DNA from: Ascidiella aspersa
Taxonomy: Eukaryota
Direction: 5' to 3'
DNA length: 64,000 nucleotides
Assembly: GCA_963924565.1 (NCBI GenBank)
Contig: OZ004607.1
Location: forward strand, 7,688,001 to 7,752,000
Shown: piece after piece, positions 49,301-61,300 of the stretch
Position numbering within the stretch: position 1 is the stretch's first letter
Layout of the letters: each line of letters starts with the position of its first letter
Made by a program: the position numbers and the translations under genes
The notes under the pieces: model-generated
What the model saw: the letters and a program-made list of their open reading frames with translations, nothing else
Databases searched by the model: none
What the model was told of the DNA's origin: nothing

Positions 49301-52300
49301 ACGCACATAGTTGCTTCAACACTCACTGAGCGTGTGCTATATTTTGTAGACAACGTATTGAACGAAACCGCCCCTCCGCAAATCGCCCCTCGGCTTACGG
49401 GAGATAAACAGCACGAGCGTAAAGACTCAACTTCTTCTTCGTCTTCTTCCTCTGCAGAGCACTCGGACGACGACCACGAGAAGCCTCTTATCCCGGTGGA
49501 GGAGCTTCCGATAAGCGACTCTCGCGCTCCAAATGAAGAGGAAATCCTCCACTCTTCTGTAGTCAAGGAAACGCACACAAAGCAAACCCGCCTTTCCTCT
49601 TCCACATCTTCGGAAGTTGCAGTTATCAAGAAGAGGTCAGATCACAGCTCTATGGAGGAGGTTGAAATCCTGGAGGACGGGCCCGTGGCTCTCACCTCCG
49701 GGGACGACAACACGGTGGTCGACAAGCACAGGAGCAGGGTTCGGAGGAGAGTCATCCGGAACAAAGAGATCATCGAGTACATCGAGGAGGAGAACATCGT
49801 GATCAAGAAGCACAAGAAAGTGTCCAACGTCACTCGCCAGGAGACGTCGAGCTCTTCGTCCTCAGAAGAGGAACAGGAGGAGTTGAAAGTAAAGAAGAAG
49901 AAAAAGAAGAAGGTAAAGAGAAAGAAGATCCAGGTGTCGGAGTCTTCTTCTTCCTCATCAGAAGCCTCTTCTTCTGAGGATGAAATTGAGGTCGAAGAGA
50001 ACCCGAAAAAGAAAAAGTCTTCGAGGCACATGGAGGTCCAAACGATGCAGGTGCCTACTTCATCTACGGATGAAGCAGTCGTAAAGGTGAAAAAGATCAA
50101 GAAATCCAAGCACAAGAGAATTCAAGCGACTGTTGCGTCAACAAGTTGCAGTTCTTCCGAGGAAGAAACCAAAGTTTTTAAGGAGAGACGCCAGAAAAGT
50201 TTGCGTCACATGGAAGTGCAGACCTCCAAGTCTCCGCCATCCAGCTCCTCGGAAGACGACTTCAAAGATAAAAAGGTCGAAAAGGATCTGCGACACATGG
50301 AGGTGCAGACCTCCAAAGGTCCGACGCCGATTTCCAGTTCCACAGAAGACGAGATCAAAGTCGAGCCGATGCCGATATTGGAAACCACCTACCGCCAAAT
50401 GGATCTGCATCCAACATCGGGCGTTCCTGCGCAGCGCTCGAGGTCCTTCAAGAAAGAGCTAACCGTCGAACAAACAGAGAGCAAGAAAATTACAATGAGG
50501 AGCATGGAAGTACAAACAAAGGCCCCATCATCCAGCTCGAGTTCTTCGGAAGACGAAAAAATAGTCGAAAAGATTGAAAGAAAAGAAACATCTTTGAGGC
50601 ACATCGAGGTACAAACCTCCAAGCTTTCGTCTTCAAGTTCCAGCTCGTCTGAAGACGAAAAGGTCGTCGAGATCAAAACAGTCAGGCATATGGAGGTACA
50701 AGCAACGGTTTCTTCATCGTCCAGTTCTTCTGATGACGAGACTAAGATCGCGATAGTGAAGCGAGATCCCGTGAGCGTACGAGATGTCGACATCCAAGTG
50801 ACCCCGGCTAAGTCCTACGAAGAAAGAGCTGACATCTCTTTCGAGAAGAAATCCGAGATTGTGATTCAGGATGTCGAGAGGTCGGAGAGACGCATCGAGA
50901 TGCAAGCCCCGGAAGACGTGGAGGTGTGGGAGTTGACGAAGACCACCTGGGACAAGCAGAACCAGACTTCGCGTCCTCCGAGCAGCTCTTCCAGTTCGTC
51001 GGAAGAGGAAAAGATCGCGAAGAAGAAGAAGGAGTCCTCCGATAAGCAGATCCAGGCAACCAAGTCGCCGTTCACATCCAGCTCTGACGAGGAGGACCGA
51101 AGAGTAGAGCTGCTCTCCATCGAGAAGACCGACCGTCGCATCATGTCGAGCAGTTCCTCCTACAGCGAGGTCTTCCCAAGAACGAGATCCGTAACCGACA
51201 AGGAGACTCAAGCATCCAGGTCCTCCTCCAGCGCCTCGGAGGAGACAAGGAGGAGGTACGTCACTCTCGCTTCCCACACACATCATCAGAAGCAGGAAGA
51301 AGACAAGACCTTCTCCACCGAGTACTACTATGACGTCACCAGCAAGCAGCAGAAGACCCACGTCACCAAGACCCTCATCGAGCGGACCATGTCGCCCACG
51401 CGTGACGTCACACATCACCACGTGGTCAGGGAGATTCGGGAAAGTCCCACCACTTCGGGTTCGATATTTTATATATTGCTTTTAGTGTTGAAAAAAAATA
51501 TTCTTTCTATGTATAAAAAGTGTTTAGAGTACAATGTGAACAAAAACCTGTGGAACGTTCTATGATAACAATTTATTAACTAAGTTTAAGATCAAAACCT
51601 TTATACCTTCTGAACGCTGTCGAACACAGCTATCTAACTCTTGTTCTTCCTCAGTCATAATTGTTAAAGATGCCAAACACGAAATTTAATTTTAACAAGG
51701 TATTTTCGAAATTTGATTTATATATACGGTATCTTAGTTGAAAATCGCTGAACGTGTTCTAACAAGGCTATATCTAACACTTATTTTCACCAGTAACAAC
51801 AATGGAAATTCCCACCCCCAACAACGATATGTCCATGATGGAGGTAACTCTGCAGCCGAATTACAAAGACGAAGAGATTGAACCAATACATGAAAGTACG
51901 CATTTAGCTTGTTACAATAGTTATATAAAATATACTGATTTCCTGATTTGTGAAAGATCGTTGAATGGAAACTTTAAAGTTCTGCTATTACATCGCTTAC
52001 AGGCTTTATCGTGCTACCGATGCATTTATGATTAAACTGCTTGCATTAACTTCTTTGGTTTAACAACAACCGTTCCATCATTGTTTGGTTAATAAATTAA
52101 CAAGATTTAAGTTTCCTAAACGTCTTTGATCTATAATTTCTTGGCAAATTTGACATGCGTGGCAAATTCTAAAAGCTTTGTCTTTGTTGCAACAACCCCT
52201 CTTATGTTTTTGATGCACTGTCGACTAATAGAACCGCTTCTTAAAACAGTTTACTCTGAAAACTAAAAGCAAACAACAAAATATATCAGCAGTAAAGGTC

Positions 52301-55300
52301 TATATTAACTCTAATGTGCTACTTGTGCTTAATGTTTATCTTATCCAGTTTCAACATTGGAACACTCCTTACCAGAAACTAAAGATCTCTCGGTGGTCGA
52401 GGCGGAAGTCGAAGTTCACGAAGGTAAGTAGCTTGTTTTGTGGAATTAAGATATAATGCACATTAAAACTTAACATTACACACTTTTTGCCGGTACTCAA
52501 TATGGGTTTTGCATACATAGGCTACCGCCTAAAACGCAAAGTTCTTAACACTATAGTAAACACTTCTGGTTCAGATATTTAGTAAAATGAATATTTTGTC
52601 GGTAGAACATCAGAACCTATAAAAAACCTAACACAAATAGGCCAATGTTTTGTTAAATAAACATAACAAATTTAGGTTAGTGTAGCAGTGATCAATTTAC
52701 AGAAATCTACAGTCATTTGTTTCAGATTTTATTAATATACACCCCCATTTAATAATAATAAAAAGCAGCTCATCTGGTAATTGTAATTGTTAACCAACGT
52801 TTCAGCAACTTATTCAAATCGCCTTCTTCACAGTGAGTGACACCGAACGCTAGTAGTATAATATGTAGAAACCACATAGGGGGAAAATGGAAGAAAAAGC
52901 GCAAACAGCGTTAAGAAAACAATTAGCGATAACGTATAGCCTTATTCGTATACCCCATAAAATATATACACATTTTCACACTAGCTAAAAATTACCGTAA
53001 ATGGTAAAACTGAAACACATAATAGCCTGTATGAGATGTTTTCTACTCCCTGTGTGTTAAACTGCTTACTTTTAGTATCAACGATGGAAATAAATACGTT
53101 GGAACATTCCGCGCCAGAACCAGAACACATACTTTCGTCCATGGAAGTCGTTTTGTCACCCAGGCCTAAGGAGGAAGTAGTTGAACTCAAATTAGAAGAA
53201 GGTTAGATGCTTAACAAAACAATAAATCAAGATAGTATATGCAATAGTGTGCATACCAACGTACCGTTGAAGGCTATACACTTTTGTGATAAAATGCACG
53301 AGTAAATTTTGCAAAAAATAACATGTTAGGCTACTGCAGTTTCATTGTAAACATGCCCATCGACGAAGCGTTTAGACCAGGGCTGCGGAGTAGGTTAAAA
53401 ATAATACCCGAGTCCGACTCCGGCAAAAAAAATAAACCCGAGTCCGACTCCCTAATCCCGAGTCCGACTCCGGTCAAATGTGCGATTTTGTCGTGTCCCG
53501 AGTCCGGCCTTGACTCTTCAGCCTGTATTCCGCCAATTTACGTAACTGAAATAAGTGGATATTCGGCAATCCACTTATAGGGGTGACGTATAATACATGG
53601 TTGGAAAATATTACACCCTTTGCTATTTCACTTTTACAATTTTTAATTGGCGGCCATATCAGTTTTAAAACTTGGTACTGCGCATGCGCATGTTTTACGT
53701 GACCTTACTCGACTCCTCGAGTCCCGAGTCCCGAGTCCCGAGTCTTGGCGAATGTGCTAATATATTATTACGTCTTATACTTTAAAGAACCAACGATTGA
53801 AACAAGCGAGTTTGAGCACAGTGCCCCTGAGCACGAAACAAAATTTTCGACGATGAACGTGGTTTTGTCGCCCAAGTTTAAAGAGAAACAATTTGAATTT
53901 GAAGTTTCTGAAGGTAACCTGTTTTCTTTTTTTAAATGAGCAGAAGTTAATGCGTTGACTCTATGTAGTTAGACTTGAGTGGCCACTATAGCTTCAAAGT
54001 TTGTACTAAGGGCCAATGAATACGACGGTGTTGTAAAAAGTCATTTTGAAAGACCCAGCCAAGTCCTTTGTAAAATAACTTGAGTCCAAGTCAAATCCCA
54101 GCACAAGCCATCAGTTGTCCAAGTCAAGTCGCAAGTCAATTCCAAGTCAAGTCTTTGTCATGAAATAAAAAGTTTAAAATTGGTAAAATGGCCAGGTTAT
54201 GAGTAACGACTGAACTCAAAATAACACAAACGTAATATATAGAAGGCAACTTGTTTATGTGCAAAAAGGAGGATAAATAACCAACTTTTTGAACCAAAGT
54301 CGTTTGTCCAAAAGACTTGAGTGAAGTGAGGCATTTTAAAACAGTTAATTAAGTGCACTTAGATTAAGTCATTGACTTGAGTCAATACAACACTGGATAA
54401 CGCCAAACAAAGTAATGGTACAATACTTAGGGTCGGCTTACTAAAACTGAAGGCCTTGTTAAAAAAACAGGCTAAAAAAAGTTTTTTTGATAGATCCTTC
54501 AGATCTAACAAATAAATCTAACAACCGTGCGCGAAATCACGGTTTTTAATTGCGTTTACCTAATTCTTGCAGATAAGGCAGAAGCATTGTCGCCTTCTTC
54601 GGATGACGAGAAGGAGTTGGTTGTCGAAGAAAGAGAAGAAGTGGTTGATGCAGCGGTAAAACGCGACGTTTGTTTTTAGGCAGGCGCCACACGTAGCCAA
54701 TTGTTTGTTAGGTTTAATTCCTCTGACTCTCGAAATAATTTGATCCAAAATACTGGCGTTGCCATTTTTGCTGCTTTTATACAGAAACCGATATGCATCT
54801 TTATTTAATTTATCACGGTACCTATATAGTTTTAACAATATCTTACTTCATATAACTGAAATTAGACCCTACAGCAAGTTAAACTCCTTAAATTAGAGGT
54901 ACTTGGGTTTGTGGATGGTTTAAAAACGTACGAATAAATGTGAAGAGTTTTCTCTGAAACTATTAATTGATAGTTTTTCTCCTAAAAGATAAATTCATTC
55001 GGTAAACTATTTTATCAGATACCGTGGATTAGAACAACGTGTAGACCCGTTTGTTTCAAAGGAAATCTGTTCGTTTGTTTCAAAGGAAATCTGCCTTTAG
55101 AGAAAAAAAAATAGTTTGCGTTGGGATTATTTTCCTTTTTATCCTGAACTTTTTTAGCAAGTCGCTAGAATCACTTAAACCTAGGCTAGGAGCCTTTGCG
55201 ATTTCCGTTAATTTCTGATAACTTGTTCAAAGGTTGCCGACTTCCAGGAGACTTCAGTGTCGTCGATGTACAAAGACTTGGACAGGGATATTGACTTGGA

Positions 55301-58300
55301 TGACGATTCGTCAACGGAACGCGCAATTTCGACCGCTACCTCGACCTTGACCAGGGATCACGTGGAAGAGATAATCGTCGAAGAACCGATCTTGTAAGTT
55401 AACACTTGAAAAAAAATTTAAAGACTGAAACTTTACTGGCTTAAATAATTGATCTCAGGAAAGAGTCGATTTTCAGTAATATTTGCGAGTATGAGTTGAA
55501 TGTCCAAAACTAGACATTTTCGCCACTTGAAATCGCAAAACTCATTTCAATTCCGAGTAAAATCTATTTCTTTTAGTACTTTATCGTAAAAGACGAAGTT
55601 TAGTTTGGTTTCAGTTCAGTTAAAAGTATAACTGCTTGAAGGCCTAAATCACTGCCAGGGTTACAGCTTTTATATGAACATTTAGCTAAGATTTATTTAA
55701 AAGTATAGATTATTGTCTTATTACTTATTCTGTTCAACACCGACATTCAGCCTTATTTAAACGTGTAATACTTAAAGCCGGCCTTTTTTGTTTTACTATT
55801 CAGAAAATCGCGCAAGGATATCAAGTTCACTTCCGGCTGGCAGCGCCAGGTGACCTTGGACGACCTTCTCGAAGCGGGAGTCGTTACCGAGTCCACGGTT
55901 GAAAAACTCGAACATGGTAAGAAGTGCTATTTAAAAATCATATGATATGGTTTAACTCCTTTCTTTTACTATAGCTCTTACACTTTGTCAATTGACAACG
56001 TTCGGTATGTTCACTTTTGTTTAACATTATGCAGTTCATTAAATCGATTTGACAAATCGATTGATTGATTAAAACTAACTTTTTATTTTATTTCTTTAAA
56101 AAATAAACAAGATGGGTGCGCAGCAATAGATAACTGTAAAAAGTACATAAACCGCCAAAAAGAAAAATTGACAAATTTCGCCGTTCTCTCGAATTAGTTT
56201 TGAATTACTCACCTTTTGTTGATGTCAGGTTACCTGTGTATATATAATTCGAATAGGCACAATTCCTAAGAACGAAGAAAATATTTTCGTCCATAGCGAA
56301 TATATAGGCTACGGTAATTTGGTAAGCCAATACCCGTCTATCTGTTTTCGTGAATAAGCCACGGCGAAATCCCTGCGATCGCCGGCGGCTATTTTTGCAA
56401 TCTTCACGTTATGCTGTATGACTAAACATCTTCTGAGGATCGCAACTTAAAAACATCAGCAGTTTTTTCTTGTTTTTTTCGTGTTCTGCGTAACGCCTGC
56501 TGATTCGTCTCGTCGACACAAACAAAACCTTTTTATTACTTACGTACATTAGTGGGCTACTATATTTAAGGTCAAGGGTCATAGGTGCAATAACAATATA
56601 GGACGTCACGATTTAGGCATGACATCAAAGCAATCACAAAATAAGCTATATGAGTTTTGGAAATATAGTTTCCAACAGTTTTTGCATTGATAGCTGTTTC
56701 CGCTTTCCGCGTAATACAAACGTTGATTCACTAGGTATAGCAAACGACTACATTCTAAATCAATAGATCAAAAATTCTTTATACTTCACCTGTCCTAATC
56801 AAAGCCATTTTTTAATAAGTTCTTAAGAGAAATATATTACGCCACAAAAAAGGCACTATCTTTTATTTCTAATGAATGAAAAACTTGAACACGGTCATTC
56901 ATTTGAATTAAGAGATTGATGATGCCTTATTTTGTGGCAAAATATATTTAAGAACTTAAATAAATGACTAAGTTTAAGACAGGAAAGTATAAAGAGCATT
57001 TACTTCAACTTGTACCCATTGTCGTCACTTACCTGCAGGGCGAGGAGATTTCTTTTTTTTTTACAAATACAGTTTGTGACATACATCAATTATACTTTTA
57101 CGTAGGAACGATTGAGGAAGCAGACGTTGAGAAAACGCTACAGAGGTATCTGGTTGGAAACGACCCGATCGCCGGGTTGCTGATTGAGGAAACTGGAGAG
57201 AGGATGTCAATATTCGAAGCTTTCAAACAGGGATTAATCAGAAGAGGTGATTTAACGTTGTCATGTCCTGACAATTCTTATTGATAGTTATTTGGTTTAC
57301 TCTGTACAAGGGAACTCTGTCTATCAGCACCTTTACCAACCTTAGCGTAATATACTTTCATTTAACTTATATCTAGTGTTTTACATAAAATAATTCATTT
57401 GTATTGTGTTAATAGAGAATATGAAGTGCAAGTAAAGGTAAACCTAAAACTAAACTGTTTTCAAAATCATCTAACGGGCTGCAGTAGCTAACCTATAAAT
57501 TCAGAGACAATTAAACATCTAATCGTGGACAATTTTCATAGAATATAGCTAATCGGTACCCCTAATCAAAGTTATTTCATTCTACGAACTGTACGACTGT
57601 AGTGTCAACTAATATTCTTTGTGCTCACAACAAAGGCACTTCTATCAGTCTTCTTGAGGCCCAAGCGGCAACGGGACGCATCATTGACCCGACAACCGCA
57701 AACAAGATGTCCGTAAAAGAGGCAAAGCAGGAGAAAATAATCGACCGGCAGTTCGAAGCAGTTCTGACAAGGTACAGTGCATATAAGCAATCGTTGGACA
57801 ACTTTTTGCACATCAAAATTCGTCTTAATAAAATATAGTTAATATCGTCTTAATAAAATATCCTCAATTGTTATATAAGGAGATTAATTTAGATAATGTT
57901 TAATGACCTAATCCTAAATTGGAAAGTTGCCAAACATAATAAATACACAAAAAACAGAAAACTAAATAAAACATATGTATTACAATATAGATTTACACAA
58001 AAATAACAAACGAGCAATGTTGTTATCTTATGAACAATTGTGGCCACCACAGTGGCACTATTTAGAATTGATTACAAAATTTAAATAATAGCCGTTACAC
58101 GATTGCACCATAATAAATGTATGAAATACATTTTTAAACCAACCCATCACATTCAATGTGACAAACCAGAATTGCTCGCCTGACGTACCGTACCAAAGAT
58201 AAACAAACGAATAAAAGTTTCAGCGAAGTTGTCTCGCTTGACCTTGGCCCGTGATTTTCAAGGTCAAGCAGGATAGGTCGAGCTTACTTGACCTCCGATG

Positions 58301-61300
58301 TCCAACCGGCCATTTCCGTTACCGAATTTCACTTTCGAAGTGTCACCTGGTGCTAGTGAGTAACATCGCCCAATGTGACCTGTTAATCGCTCGCGAGGTT
58401 CCGTTTATTTACATGAGCCAAGTTTAACGCATCGTCCGGTCTTGAATGAAAGAAATTCGCAAACTTAAAATCAATCTAGCTCATCTCGCGAAATCTTACA
58501 AATGTTTACGTTTTCTCCTGCGAAGATTCAATTTTTATTATTATAAATTTCTGTAAAAGCATAAATAAAGACATCATTCTTTAAAAAATTCTTAATTAAA
58601 AGAAAACTGAACAAAACAATTGATGATTTTGGCATGTTTTTGTCAGCTTTTGTATAAATAACCTAGAGCAGGGCCGGTGTAGCATTTTTGTTTGGGGGTC
58701 AGAACTTTTTTTAGGGATGACGTCGCAATATTACGTCATGACGTGCTGTCATTAAATAATTAATCTTAAAAAACTTGTTGTTCTCTATTGAACTCGTACG
58801 CACAATAACGTATTAAAAATTGATTGGAGTTCGCGAGAAGTACGAACCTTTTTGTATTCACCTGACTGATGACCCTGGGTCCGCCCCTGACCCCAAGGGT
58901 CGTTATGACTACATTTGTTGGCAGCGCTATTTTTGCTCTGATTTTAATCGACGTTGCCAGATTTAACTTTACTGGGTAAGCTAATCTAATAGCTAAAAAA
59001 GTTGAATAATTCAAGGAAGATTTTTTTATAGCTTTTTTAACCCTTGCGCCAGCTCCAATTTAAACACCTTATCAGAATACTCTAGCAAAGCTAGTAACAA
59101 TTATTACCATTGCTAGAGTATTCTGCTATTACTGATCAGGAATTAACAAAATGTTCTATCACTTACAAAATACAAAGCATCTAACATCTCAAGTAAAAGC
59201 CTCAAACCTAGCAACCATCACCAAGGAATTAGGTTGGCTCCCATTTTTAGCTGTAATGCACTTTTACTGACCTTCACTTTGTGTGACTATATAACTGCCA
59301 TTACCAGGGCCGAAAAAGCTGTGTTCGGTTACAAGTCGCGAGGCAGCGACCACAACTTGTCATTGTTCGAGGCCATGAACCAGGGAATCGTCGTTCAAAA
59401 CCACGGGATCCGTTTGCTTGAAGCTCAAATTGCAACCGGAGGTAAAACCATTTTCAAAAACGTGTGTTTGCCATTGCTATCGATAAAAATTGTATGGTAT
59501 TATGAATGTTTATCATTTTAGGATACTTGTTACAACAATCTTAGTTGTTTAAATAATATAAAAGGGCGTATTTTTATGAAACCCCAGACTATTGGTAGCA
59601 GGTTTCTACTTGTCGGTCACGCTTGCCAAAGTTTTCTTCTGACAGCCTGTTTGGTTTTTAAACTTTTTACCCAATCCATACTGCTTTTGTATGTTTTTGA
59701 CTTTTTTGTTTGGAGCGATTTAAAACAACAATATATATAAAAAAAAATACAACAGTTATGCCCCAGCAGTGGAATGATCAGTTTGATATAAAGAAAGCTT
59801 TTTTGATCAGAATTAGCGACGGGCAATTGGCTTACTCTTGTTTCTATAAAACTTAACTGATGATGGGAAATATTGTTATTGAGTCGCAGCCTCACGTTCG
59901 AACTGCTGGTTAACAGTAACGCTCAGAGCAGTGTTTCTTAACCTTTTAGCGCTCTTTGAGCTGACATGAAATTTTCTCGTACCCCTGTCTACAATAGCCG
60001 AGGGTAGTAAATAAAATTGCAATAATAGGAATTAAACTCAGTGTATTTATACCGTAAGTGTTAAATGTATGCATTAAAAACAGTCTTGTAAGTTCAACAA
60101 TATTTACAAAACACGAACAATCAGTCATTTTACTAATGGCTTTTTTGTTGTTGCTTTTAGTATAAACGCATACTTTACAAATCTACCTAAACAGCGCATA
60201 CTTTCAAGCTGAATGCCATACCCCCTGCTTTCGTGCTTCGTACCACCGAGCGATACACGTACCCCTGGTTAAGAACCCCTGGCTCAGACTAAACATGGTA
60301 CAACCCACCAAATTTCGCACACGTGTAACCTGTACGGTCGTTTGCCAAAGTGTATGTAAGTGTGTGTCTCTTTAAAGCATAACTTACCTGGGCTCAGCCT
60401 TATCGTGCTTCTAGATCTAGATTGTACGGGCCAAACATTTTAAATAGGTAGCATTACATCACGCTGTTTTGAATGCAAAGTGGTTTACCGATATTTTTTT
60501 CTTTCCCAAAGGCGTCATCGACCCACAAGCAAACCATCGTCTCCCGGTCGAGGTCGCTTACGATCGAGGACTCTTCGACGAAAACCTTCACGAAATCCTG
60601 GAAGACCCATCGGATGACACCAGAGGCTTCTTCGACCCCAACACTGAAGAAAACCTCACTTACATGGAGCTTATGCAGAGGTAGATTGACTCATATAACG
60701 TTGTGTGCATTGTAGGCCCACCTAGACTTTTTTAAGATGCTGAATCTGTTCGTAAGTGTCATTTGGCCGCTTGAAACAATGGCCTGTAAAATTAAAAAAA
60801 TGGGTATTTTTCAGGTAGTTAGATGTAGTACATCTTGATAAACAACCAATTAAACATTTACCATACTTAATTTTACCTACTAAAGTATTCTAGCCTTGCC
60901 CTTGTAATGTAGATCAATGATATTAAATAGTGGCAGGATTAAAATATGCGTCTTTCTAAATAGTTTAAATGCTCAATAATGGTAAACCACTATTCATATT
61001 GTTATGTCTTTTCCGTGTACATCGAGTATTTCTGAGGCACTTGGTGTTGTTTTTTCTTACGTACAAACAACAAATGCTTTCTCCTTCCAGGTGTGTTACA
61101 GACAAGGACACTGGTCTTCTCCTGCTTCCGTTGAAGAAGAAGAAACAGGAGGAAGCTGACGTGGTCCAAGTTCCAGTGGAGGAATCAGTGGCATCCGATA
61201 CAGCGGTCGTCGTACAAACAGGTAAGGAAGACACAAGCTTATCGCTGTATTTTATTAGGTAACGTCCTGGATACACAACCTAAACAGGTTATAGTTTGGT

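Noticed and set aside
49291-51421. Multiple minus-strand and off-frame ORFs up to 235 aa
   Set aside because: Shadows of the repetitive 2.1-kb exon 6.
51459-51565. Hydrophobic C-terminus of the 769-aa ORF ([10 protein letters not shown]) as a second TM
   Set aside because: Lies beyond the GC-to-AT transition and probable donor; only about 10 hydrophobic residues; most likely intron read-through.
58866-58905. CTGATGA followed by a hairpin, hammerhead-like (also CTGAAGA near 13949 and 29001)
   Set aside because: No GAAA/UH half of the catalytic core.
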